Positions 13,845 to 24,978 of a stretch of DNA of 64,000 nucleotides are shown piece after piece. Position numbers and translations under genes: made by a program. Source of the stretch: Marsupella aquatica (Eukaryota; Plantae; Marchantiophyta); NCBI GenBank assembly GCA_973895155.1, contig OZ316894.1, positions 1,278,953 to 1,342,952 of the forward strand. The letters run 5' to 3'. Each line of letters starts with the position of its first letter. Position 1 is the first letter of the stretch. Below the pieces are notes generated by a model, which was given only the letters and a program-made list of their open reading frames with translations, was not told where the DNA came from and did not search any database.

Positions 13845-14525
13845 ATGGCACGCCCTAAAATCCGAGCCAAGAAGCGGGGGACAGAGGTGAGCAACACAGG
13901 TGTAGTTGGGCCAGATGGTAGTAACTTCTCCGCAAGTCAGATTTTCCAGAAGGCAGCTCATTGTTGTGCCATTTGTGACGATGGTGGTGACTTAGCCATA
14001 TGTGAGGGCCCTTGCATGAGGCATTTCCACCTCAACCCGGAGTCTGACCTTGCTGCAGAAAACAACTGTCCAGGGGTGGGCCTCCCGTCAGCACACCAAG
14101 GAGGCTGGATGTGCACTGATTGTTTGGAGAAGCAGGCTAAGTGTGCACAGTGTGGGAAGTTGGGGTCTTATGAGGGCTCTGTTGATGCTCCACCACTTGT
14201 TAGGAAATGCCCTGACAGATATTGTGTGAGGTTCTTTTGTTTTTCATGTTTGCCCGATCTTGCCACAGCTTGCCCACTTCATAAGTGCAAGGCATGTGGT
14301 CAGCACGATGAAGATTTCTGGGTGGACATAGTCCACTGTGTTAGGTGTCCCACCATGTGGCACTTTCATTGTTTGAAGGAGCGTCAAGCAGAAGGCTATG
14401 CTTGTGACAGACACATCTATGATCACTCTGCACATGGTGTTGATCGATGGATCTTCTATTGTCATCGCCATGCCATAGATCCTACTTTGCACACTCCCAT
14501 GAGAGATCACATTTCTTGGCTTTGA
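13845..14525 (+). CDS. Stand-alone EDM2-like composite PHD finger protein (CACTA cargo)
   Basis: Intact 226-aa ORF: CAICDDGGDLAICEGPCMRHFH...WMCTDC...CAQCGKLGS...CPLHKCKAC...CVRCPTMWHFHCL...FYCHRHAIDPTLHTPMRDH. This is colinear with the EDM2 PHD module as I recall it. Basic N-terminus RPKIRAKKR is NLS-like. Confidence 0.85.
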   Translation: MARPKIRAKKRGTEVSNTGVVGPDGSNFSASQIFQKAAHCCAICDDGGDLAICEGPCMRHFHLNPESDLAAENNCPGVGLPSAHQGGWMCTDCLEKQAKCAQCGKLGSYEGSVDAPPLVRKCPDRYCVRFFCFSCLPDLATACPLHKCKACGQHDEDFWVDIVHCVRCPTMWHFHCLKERQAEGYACDRHIYDHSAHGVDRWIFYCHRHAIDPTLHTPMRDHISWL

Positions 14526-15125
14526 ACCTGAATAATGTACATGCATAGTGCACCTGATGTGGATACCTTGGAGATTGCAGACATTCCAATTTTGAGAAGA
14601 AGGACCTCTGTAGGAGAGGATGCTTAGGCAACAAGTACCCTAAGTTCATTACTTGTTCCTGGGTACATGCCTTCAAAATCTCCCCTTAAGCCTTCTAGGA
14701 ACTTTTTTAACTCTGCAATCATTTTGATCACGACTTACATGACACTGCTTAAATTAAATCAGGACTTCTCATTATGAGCATATAAGTTACAAGGCTATTT
14801 AATTTGCGAGAATTCCCTTAAAGTGTACCAACATTTTGTATTCTCATTGAATGTCTGCCCCCATACGAAACATCTGCATGTGGCATCACAAAACAATTGC
14901 ACTTGTCACCTTCAATATTGTGAAGGCACATATTCAAACTATGAAGTGCATGCTTGCAGGTGTCTAGTACGTTTGTCCCAATATTTCTCCCGTTTGGAAT
15001 CGGAGCAGAGACTCACCAGACGACTGGATTGGACCAAGTTATAAACGCAGCATTTTAAGGGCCCTCCGATTATCAGGTGAACGCATTATCTTCCGGTCTG
15101 CAGTGATTAGGTGGCCCGTGTGTAC

Positions 15126-15890
15126 ATGGCCTCTAGGAAACGTACAAATGTTGACCACCCGCCTCTGTTGGCTGGAATCAAAGCCATTTTGATTCCTGGC
15201 CACTATGGGTTCACCCAAGTGAGTTGGCCAATCGTACAAAAACGATTCTCAGAGTTCCATGGGACTGAAGTCAAGGACATCACTCCACAGACTACACATG
15301 TTGTTGCGGGGACATGGCTGGATGTGATGAACAAGTGGTCATGGTCCTTCATTGATTCTGCCATTACCAACCAAGGTCTAAAAGTAGTTGAAGTCTCTTG
15401 GCTGACCGATTCTGTTAAACATAGGTGTGTACAGAGTACTGAGCAATATGAGTTGTGGGAGAGTGAGGAGGCCACTGCAGAGGCTTTGGCTGAAAAGGAA
15501 GCCTATGAAGCAGCGGCAGAGAAACCCAACTTTGCTTCTGTCCAATATGGACCTGTTGTCAACATAGGACACCATCCTATGCGTGCAAATGCTATATTGA
15601 ATGAGCATGGCAAGGAGAGAAATACCATTATGAAGGGGTTCAGTGTGGTATTTGCAGAAGAAGGAATTGGGGAGACTAAGTGCAGACTGTACAAGTCTAT
15701 AGTTGTTGAGCTAGGTGGGACAGTGGAGGAGAGTCTAACAGAAACCTCCACTCATGTTGTAGGTCTGTCATACATGAAAATATGCAGAAAATTCTTTAAG
15801 ACAACAGTGCGTGATTTTGTCATGAACAACAATCTTTGGGTGCTTTCCCCTGATTGGCTTCTGGAATCAGCAGCTAGAGGGAAGCGATAG
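15126..15890 (+). CDS. Tandem-BRCT domain protein (CACTA cargo); stop codon probably premature
   Basis: Two BRCT-like repeats: TTHVVA...VVEVSWLTDS and LGGTVEESLTETSTHVVG...VLSPDWLLES. The TAG at 15888 aligns with a Gln of repeat 1 and the frame stays open to TGA at 15974. Confidence 0.75.
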   Translation: MASRKRTNVDHPPLLAGIKAILIPGHYGFTQVSWPIVQKRFSEFHGTEVKDITPQTTHVVAGTWLDVMNKWSWSFIDSAITNQGLKVVEVSWLTDSVKHRCVQSTEQYELWESEEATAEALAEKEAYEAAAEKPNFASVQYGPVVNIGHHPMRANAILNEHGKERNTIMKGFSVVFAEEGIGETKCRLYKSIVVELGGTVEESLTETSTHVVGLSYMKICRKFFKTTVRDFVMNNNLWVLSPDWLLESAARGKR

Positions 15891-16150
15891 AATGCTTGGG
15901 ACTTTGATATTTTTGAGGCCTGGCCCTCCAAGATTCAGCGGAGATGTATGCTTAGCAAAGGTGGGAGAGAGTGAGGAGTAGGAGTCCCTCATATTTTTGT
16001 ATAAATCACAATTTTGTAATAAATGTGATCCTTGAACTAACTCATCTTGTCATGGTTGGTCGCAGTTGAAGTGATTGTTGTTTCCTGCTGCGTGGGGTGT
16101 GACTGTGAATCTACTTGCTGGGCTCTGTTTGGCTGAAGACTTTGGTGGGT

Positions 16151-16684
16151 ATGCTGCCTCTTCCAGACCGTCAGGCCCTGTGTAGGGTCCTCCTACGGGT
16201 TGCATCGTGCATGGCTACTGCTTGGGCTTACTTGTGTGGATTGGTAACCAGACAGAGTGTAGCTCCATCCGAGATAATGCCTGCAGACCTTGGATGTGTT
16301 GTGAATGCTGTGGTGAATGAGGATGCACAGTCGGAAGAGGACATTTACTTTTCAGCAGATGAGTTAGACAAGCACGATGCTGTAGGTGGTTCCTTGTTGC
16401 CTGATTTGGCAGATGATATAGTTCTTACACATGTCTGGCCGAGGGTTCTTGTGGTGTCTGGCGCACAAGATATCTGCAAATATAGACTAATTAGTACCCA
16501 GTGGAGGGACTTGGTAGCAACATGTGCACCATGGAGGGCACTGCTGCCACTGCTTGTAGGCACGGATCGAAGACCACCATGGCATGAGCAGGGTTTAGAC
16601 CTTGATGACTTAATGTACATGCCTGAGTACCTCAGGGCTGAGTGGCATCGACAACAAGATTGGTATCCGTATTTGATGTGGTAG
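16151..16684 (+). CDS. F-box-like small protein (CACTA cargo)
   Basis: SLLPDLADDIVLTHVWPRV...CKYRLISTQWRDLV fits the F-box pattern LLPxLPDD...R(x)VxxxWRxLV. The start codon is uncertain (16151, 16211 or 16277). Confidence 0.6.
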   Translation: MLPLPDRQALCRVLLRVASCMATAWAYLCGLVTRQSVAPSEIMPADLGCVVNAVVNEDAQSEEDIYFSADELDKHDAVGGSLLPDLADDIVLTHVWPRVLVVSGAQDICKYRLISTQWRDLVATCAPWRALLPLLVGTDRRPPWHEQGLDLDDLMYMPEYLRAEWHRQQDWYPYLMW

Positions 16685-17010
16685 TAAGATGAGGACATCT
16701 CACACCGGTCTCGCACCTGGCACCTGTGTCTATGACTATACATGATTGGACTCTGATATGGTCATGGATGTACGTGCAGAGGCAGTACATGTGAGGACAG
16801 CGGAGGAGTTGACATCCTCAAACATTTAGGAATTTTGTCTCATTCACTTGAGAATAGGTACATGACTCAGGCACCTATATTTTTTGTTTTTTTGTTTTTT
16901 TGGAACGTTACGTATTTTGGCAAGTACAGTCGGGGGTGAAATCCTTAACAGGAAGTGTATTTTTCACTTGCATAATAAAATGACAGGGTGCTGAGTGCGT
17001 GTGTATAGTG

Positions 17011-20000
17011 ATGGCTCCAAGGTTGCCTCTTCACAACCCATTTAGGATTAGGCATCATGATTCTAAATTGTGGATGCGTGAACAAGCCCGGGCCGCCCAA
17101 GGTAGGAGTAGGAGGATGAGATGCCCATGCACACAGTGCCAAGGATTCAAGTCATTGAGTTTGAACACTGTGCACCTTCACCTGCTGCGGCATGAAAGGC
17201 ACCCTCGGTGGAGGGTTTGGAATGTACCAGCAGAAGAAGACTCCTCTGATGAAGAGTGGAGAGCTGACTTTGTGGATTCTAATACAGCTAGGCGTAGAGA
17301 CTACGTAGAGCAGGACATAGACTGTGCAGAGGATGGTCCTGGGGTCCAACATGAGAACGTGGATGACCAAGATGGAGATGCAGAGGCAGTCACTGAGGAC
17401 GGTGGGATGGATGTCCCAAGAATGGTTCAAGAGATTTTTGAAGACCTTGATGCTTTTTACGACACAGTGGAATCAGAAGAGGACAATGAACCGCAGCCAC
17501 ACATTGGCGACGGCCAAGCTGAACCTGACTTTGACATTGGGGAAGGTGCAGCAGAGAGGGAGTGGGTGTTTGGGGGCCCAAAACACATCAAAGAAGCTTG
17601 CATTCCTATCTACGAGGGGTCGAACTGCTCCAAGCTGGGTTTTGTCGTGTTGTTGTTGAACATCTGTGGCAATCACAATGTTCCCAATATATTTGTGACA
17701 GAGTTGTTGACCTTCCTGCGCCGAAATGTGTTACCAGATGGTAATTCAATTCCAAAAAATATGTACGAGGCTAGGAAATTGATGTCTAACCTTGGGCTGA
17801 ACTATGTGTCTATTGACGCATGCCCTGATGGGTGTGTTCTCTTTCGCAAAGAGCATGCAGATAAATTGACATGCCCTCATTGTGGTAAGCACAGGTACAA
17901 GAATGTAGGGAAATGTACACACCCTGCCAAGGTTCTTCGTCATTTTCCTCTCATTCCTAGACTACAACGTCTGTTTAGATGCCCTGCCATTTCCAAGCTG
18001 ATGACATGGACTCCTGATAACAAGAGCAGTGATGGCCTGCAGCGTCACATTGGAGATTCCAACCATTGGAAATTTGTTGATGAGAGGTGGCCACAGTTTG
18101 CTGCAGAGAAGCGGAACTTTCGATTTGGTCTATCACTGGATGGAGTAAACCCATTTGGAGACAAAAACAACCGTTATTCATGTTGGCCGGTTACGCTGCT
18201 AAATTACAACCTTCCCCCATGGATGACTACAAAGAGGTTTTTTGTCATGATGGTGCTGTTAATCCCTGGACCAGCTTCTGTGACCGAGCAATTCATAGAT
18301 ATCATGTTGGCTCCAGCAGTGGAAGAGTGGAAGACTTTGTGGATAGAAGGTGTGTTAACCCATGATGTTCTGAAGGGGCTTCTTCGACCCAGCCCCTTTA
18401 GACTGCATGCAATTTGTTTGCTGGATATAGCAGATTACCCAGGCCATGGCATCATATCTGGACGAGTGACAAAGGGCTATGTGGGGTGCACACCATGTGG
18501 GAAAAATGTGACAAGTGAGTGGTCGCATGCCCTACACAGTATGAAATTTCAGGGGCATAGAAGGTATCTGCCTGTTGATCATCCTTACAGGCACACACGG
18601 TCTCAAATTGCACACTTCAACAACAAAACAGAGCTTCGTGGCCCACCACAGAGGGTCACCAGAGAGCAAGTCCTGAGGTGGGCAGCCAGGAAGGCTGATT
18701 GGGACAAGAGAAGTGCCACTGATCGAGAACCTGAGGATCCAGTGGTGAAACACGGTGTGAAAAGACAGACCTTGATGGACTTGGAGTTGGAGTACTGGAG
18801 GGTAATGTACTTAGCCTCCAGCCCCTGTATGATTGCAATTTTAGATTGGAGCAATGGTGGATTGATGTTGGTTACAATCCTCCTATGTGGTTAATTAGTG
18901 TTTCTGTTGTTGAATTCTTTGCTTTGTGGAGTGCAGGAATTCGAGCCCAGCAAACACAATGTGGACGTCATGCACATTGAGAAAAATATTTGTGAGAGCT
19001 TGCTGAAGTTCTTGTCGGGTGAGAAAGATACAGGAGCAGTTCGAGCTGATATGCAACAGAAGGGGATTCGCCCTCACCTTTGGTTGAAGCCCCATGCAAG
19101 CAATCCCAATGTACTTCTCAAGTTCCAAGCTCCCTATGTGTGCACACAGGATGAATGGAAGACATTCTTGTATAGATTGAGCTGTCTGAAAGTGCCCTCT
19201 GGCTATGCTGGTGCCTTCAAGAAGCATATTACAAAGAATAAACTTGGCAGTATGAAAACACATGACTACCATGTGTTGATGCAGCACATTCTGCCCCTAT
19301 GCCTCAGAGGTCTCATGCAGAAACCAGTCCGTAATGTCATTCTTCGACTGTGCAATGTATTTCGCCGTATATGTGTGAAAGTGTGGGATCCCCAAGGATT
19401 GGAGCAGTTGAAGCAGGATGCTGCTTATGTCCTCTGTGACTTGGAGATATACTTCCCCCCTGCTTTCTTTGATGTTATGACTCATCTCCTAATCCATGTG
19501 GTAGAAGAGCTAGGGCAGTATGGGCCAGTCAGTACCAGATGGATGTACCCTATGGAGCGATACATGAAGTTGTTGAAAGGTCATGTGAGAACATACTACA
19601 GGCCAGAGGCTTCCATGGCATTGGGGTACATTAAGGATGAGACGTTGGGATTCCTAACAGAGTACATGGCTGGGTCTGGTGAAGCTATGACAAGAGTTTG
19701 GAAATCTGGTGAAGATGATGGAGTGAGTGGCGAGGTTGTTGAAGGTGTGGGACGTGCTGTTCAGCTGCCTGTTGCGATTCGAGACAAGGCTCATTCATAT
19801 GTGCTGGCAAACACAGAGCCTATGCAACCATGGTGGAGGTGAGTGATTGAATTGACTTGCCTTTGTTGTGATGCTTCTTGTCTGTTCCAAGGGTGATCTT
19901 AGGTTGTCATGTGTTGTTTAGACCTAACTATGCCTGTACCTCATATTGCAGGGAATATGATATGCAAAAAGCTGCACACTCTGGGCAGCAGGATCCCTTC

Positions 20001-20711
20001 CCACAGTTCGAGCAGTGGATTCGGGTGACAATTCGAGAGCATAGTAGACATCACCCAGATATGGAGAAGGATTTGTATCTTCTATCTGTGCCACCACGAT
20101 TGTCTATTCTGACCTACAAACGGATGAGAGCTTATGGAAATCATTATCGAGTGAGGGATGAGCAGGGTGACCATTGTGTATCATATGATTGTGGTTTGAT
20201 TTCTGTGTTTGAGCAGAGAACCTCTGAAGAACAGAGGGGGTGGATGAAGATGGGTTACGTGGGGGAGTTGACCGACATTTGGGTGTTGAATTATGGTAAC
20301 ACAAGTGTCCCAGTGATATTGATGAAGGGATCATGGGTGAAATCAGAGTGGCAGAGACCAAGGGCCACCATGAAGCGTGATCATGATGGGTTCTTGTTGG
20401 CCAATTTTAGGTCCAGAGTACCAGAATGGTCTGAGCCTTTTGTTTTCCCTAGCCAAGTTGAACAGGCTTTCTTTGCAGATGTGGAGGAGTCACATGGCTG
20501 GAGGGTGGTATGCCATAGCCAAGCACGGAACAGGCGGATGGATGGAAGTAAAGTAGAGTTCAGTTTGGATGACCATGCTGCATTCGAGCATCCTAGTCAT
20601 GAGACTGTACTTCCAACTCGGGCAGGGACTGACTACATCCCCTTAACATTGAGAGAGACATATGATGAACCTGGGCAAATGGAATATGATGAGGTTGATG
20701 ATTTGCAATAG
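17011..20711 (+). CDS. CACTA transposase (TnpD/Tnp2-like); exons about 17011-18801, 18937-19838, 19952-20711
   Basis: N-terminal CPCxxC domain, IDACPDGC, CPHC, LRHFPLIPRLQRLF, LDGVNPF, DYPG, DVMHIEKN, MKTHDYH, WMYPMER and EPFVFPSQVEQAFF. GT-AG introns keep the frame; no internal stop seen. Confidence 0.95.
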
Positions 20712-20888
20712 GCAACAGCTGGCGATTGGCAAGTATGAGGTTGAGGATGACTACCTGCACAGAGTCACAGAACGGGAATTGCTGCCTGGAATGATGTTTA
20801 GGATAGTTGGATATGCATGAAATTGATTGATACTTTGAATTTAGTGTGCTGATTCTCCCTGTTTGGTTGTGGGTGCTGTGCAGAAGCT

Positions 20889-23800
20889 ATGGGGGAAGAG
20901 GGTGATGACATGGAGACAGACATGGGGCTTGGAGAGTGGGGTGAAGAGGAAAGATTGGATATGGATGGAGACCCAGATGCAGGGGGCTCACAGAAAAATG
21001 CACCTGTGCAGGATGCACAGGGCCCTCATCAAGTCCCAGGTAGGTGGGCAGCTAGAGAGAAATCACATAATCCATACCCTAGAAGGAGCCAGAGTTATTG
21101 GCAAGGGACGCCTGATAATTATGATGATGACTATGATGGAGCAGAAGATGGATGGGATGAATATGAACACCCAGAGCGTGGTAGAGACGGGTACAGAGGG
21201 CAATGGACAGGTGAGGAGGATGATTGGACAAGTAAGTGCCTTGTGCTAGTGATTTTGTGATGGTAGTAGAGATTTAGCTCAATATGGACTTATCTGATGT
21301 GTAGCTAGGGCAAAGAGTTTATCTTACAGGTCCATGAGTGTGGCATGTACCTGTTGGTATGCAGACTCTGATTGGGACAATCACGAAAACAACAAAGGCC
21401 ATCCACGTTCAGATAGGCGGCAATCATTCACAGGCGGGAGAAACGGCCCTAATTCATCAAGACAAAGCAATAGGACAGGTGGTCCAGAACCATCTATGCG
21501 CCAAGGGAGAGGTAACTTGGTCATTGCAGAATTGCTCTGAAGTCCAGTGTATATTTGGCAGCAGGATTTATGATTCATACTTACCTAATGTAAGTGACTG
21601 TAAATGGATCCTGTAAATGTGCAGGGACTCCAGGGAGGTTTGGACAATGCAATCCAGGCCGTGGGGGGAGATCAGGCCGTGGAGGGACCCCAGGCCGTGG
21701 GGGGACACCAGGCCGTGGAGGGACACCTAGTAGCGCTTCAGGGAGTACCAAGGCAGGAGACAGTAACAAATTTGGTAAAGTAGAAGTGAATTCCGAAGGT
21801 TGGATAACTCCCACATGTGATGGTAAGAACCGTTGGCATTCTGACCTAAGAGGAGAAGTATTGCGTTGGTTAGATTTGAGCATTACAGAGTTTAGGAGTC
21901 AGAACAAAGCTGATTGGGCTACTATCTGCAAGGACATTCTTGAACGGTGGGACTATGTTGGTAATGATGGTAAGGGCCCAGTTGAAGATTGCATATCAGA
22001 TTATGCAATGAGGATTTTGAAACAAGAGAGGCATAGGTTGAAAAGGATGTGGATAGACAATGGTTCTAACAGGAGAATGCCACCACCCCCATCATTGGAA
22101 CTGGATCAATGGACACGGTTAATCAAAGGGTTCATGTCGGAGGCTGGACAGAGCAAGAGTGAACTGATGTCAAATGCTCGAGGCAAAGTGAAACACCTTT
22201 CACAGGCTGGGAGAGGAAGTTATGCTCCAGTGAAAGAACAATTGGTAAGGCAGTGACATGCCTAATAGTAAGCCTCAAACTTATCATCTTGCTACCATTA
22301 TTACATTTTCATTGACAATCAACACTTGGTTTCATTCATATGTATGTTGATGTGGACTGCAGAAGAAATTGACAGGTGAAGAACCATCAGCACAAGAAGT
22401 GAGAGAGGAGTTCATGAAACAAAGGAGTGAGGTGACAAGTGTGACTTCCAAACAGGTGATTATGTTGTAATTCTATATGTTCTGTGACTATTTGGCCTTG
22501 AGCATCAGAAAGAATTGTAGTAGGAAGTAAGCAACCAGTTCTTGGGGACAATTATCTGAGATATGTAAACTGTGTTATGACAGGGAACTGTTACAACTCT
22601 CACAAAGATGTCTGAACGGTTGAAGTCATTAGAGTGTGGACTCCCTCAAGTGGAAAGTAAATTGGCTGATCATTTGGATATTGTGGAGGCATCTGTAGCG
22701 AACCTTCTTGCATCAGTGGAATCTAATTTCAAGCTTGTGATTGAAAAATTGGGTGGTTCCCAACCAAACAATGAGGGCAACATTGTACAAAGTGTGCCCT
22801 TGTTAACAAAAAAGGGAATTGGCAAATCTGACACAGGTATGCAATGAGGATTTTGAAACAAGAGAGGCCCATTGTTCATTGTGTCCTATGTTCAAATGTT
22901 AGAAGTAAGTTTTCATGAATTGAGTGAATGGTTTGAATGCAGGAAGAGTGGAGGCAGAGAACCTGGACCCTGTAATCGGTAAGCAGAATGGCAAAAAGGT
23001 TGCTGAGACAGGTAACCTGCTATGATCCAGTACATTACATTTGAAAAGTGCATGGAGTTTTGTGAAGCTTAAGCCGGTTGGAGGTAATCTTTTCTGTAAG
23101 AATTGGTTGGATAAACTGGGAATTGAAGTGACATCATGATTGATGTATCAGGTGATTCAAAGAGCAATGAAAAAGATGTGCCCAGTGCCTCAGTGACCAT
23201 AGCCAAGGAGGTATCAGGTAAGCTGATGCTTTAAATTCCTCTCCTACCATTGTTGAGAAACAATTCAGTGGTTAATAGATTGAACCTGAATCTTGTGGTC
23301 TGTTTATTGATCAGCAGAAGCAGACATGGAGGATATGGCAATGGCAAAGAAGGGGAAGAAGGCTGTTCATAATGGTAAGGAGATAGTGACAACTTTGTGG
23401 ATGGTGACATGTACATGGCGCACATGTGATGAGTGATTCACTTATGTTGGACAATGCATTGAATTGTAGTTGATGCAGAGTTGACAGACTCTCAACCAAG
23501 TGGGAGCAGGGTGAAGCGACGTCAAAACTTGGGAGCAACATTGGATGCAAGTAAGATTGTAGATGCTTCAATTGAAGCAAGTACAATGTTAGCAGATACT
23601 GAGATGATGTCGCAGGGAAATCCTGCTACACAATCGGAAGTGTCAAATATGGATGCAGATTCTTTGAAGAAGAGTGTAGCCAATTCTCGATCACCAGCAC
23701 AAAACACTCGTGCCAAAGTCATGACTCGCAACCAAGGTATGAATAATGTCATGTATAAGCCACCCAGGAAAGCCAAGAAAAACAGCCAGGGTAAGGTGGA

Positions 23801-24074
23801 GGTGATAGCCACAGCAGAGCCAGTCCATAATCTTCTATCATGGGAGAATGACTCGCAGGTATGTGTGGGTACAGGCATTTTGCGACCGGATCATGCTAAA
23901 TTCCATGGCAAAGTGGTCCCGGATGACCATGTAGTAGTGTTGTTGACTACAGTGATTGTATCTGATTGTAATTTGCCATTTCCGAATAGAGACGATGATC
24001 CACCTCAAGAAATAATTGCAGATGCAGTAGGATCTCTTGTGCTCTGGCCATCAGAGTGTGTTAGTCTGCAGTGA
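20889..24074 (+). CDS. CACTA ORF2 (TnpA/Ptta-like), multi-exon
   Basis: Several GT-AG-bounded exons after the transposase: acidic N-terminus, RGG repeats, a Ptta-like segment (RLKRMW...PPP...DQWTRLI...SELMSNARGK) and a C-terminal FHGKVVP...LPFP...DAVGSLVLWP motif typical of CACTA ORF2. Exact exon chain not fully resolved. Confidence 0.75.
21655..21728 (+). repeat. 18-bp coding tandem repeat x4 (GRGGTP)
   Basis: CAGGCCGTGG(G/A)GGGAC.C units encode GRGGRS-GRGGTP-GRGGTP-GRGGTP. Confidence 0.9.
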
Positions 24075-24978
24075 CTGAATACAAGTGTAGATAGAATCAT
24101 GTGAATTGTGTTACATTTTGACATTGCCTTGGAAAAATCCAAGAAATATCTGTACCAATTTTTCCATTTGGTAAAGAGGATGAAGGAGCCGTTGTGTGTG
24201 ACATTGATATTTCTGAATTCTGTATGTATGAAACAAGTGATTGATGTCAAACTATGGCTCTATGGTGATTGTCTATGATACTTGAATCTGTTTTGTATCA
24301 ATTCAGTATTAGTGTGTATGGTATAGACGAATGCTTTGTGACCTTCTTTGTAGTCTATGATGTTTGAATCTGTGAATTCATATTAGTGTACATGGTATAG
24401 AAGATGGCTTTCTGAAAATTTGTGTGAGGTTCTAATGTTAACATGGTGAATGGTGACCTTATAGAGTGAGTTCATTCCAAGTACACAATAAAACATGAAT
24501 GAAATGTGTTATTTGTGCACAAGAGTGAGTTCATTCCAAGTAGTATAGTGGGGTCTTCATCACTCATTTCCAGTTGACATGAAAGACTTGTACATACCCC
24601 ACAAAGTGTCTACTTTAGTCGTTTTATAAACCCCCACAAAGTGTCTACTTTAGTCATTTTATAAACCCACAAAGTATATTTAAAGACTACCCTCCATAAC
24701 CTTTTGAGTTGTTCCCAACGACTCACCATCGCAGCCCATAAAAGACTGAAAAAGACTCACCAAAGCTACCCACACAAAGACTAAAATAGACTGAAAATCC
24801 AGTCTATTAAACGACTTATAAACCAGTTCTATAAAGGACTCAGTTGATTATAGTAACAAAACATACGACTCGCAGTCCTATAAAGGACTAGAGTCCTTCC
24901 CAGTCGTTTCCAAGTCCTATACGGTATTGAATAGTCGTTTAATGGGGTCTAAATACCCCCCGGTTTCTACTAGTGACC

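Larger units (their letters stand above)
7920..24975 (+). mobile_element. CACTA (En/Spm) transposon, 17,056 bp, structurally intact, with cargo ORFs
   Basis: Perfect 18-bp TIR CACTAGTAGAAACCGGGG (7920-7937 and 24958-24975). 3-bp TSD ACC at 7917-7919 and 24976-24978. AAGACT/AGTC-rich subterminal repeats at both ends, plus transposase and ORF2 genes. Confidence 0.96.
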
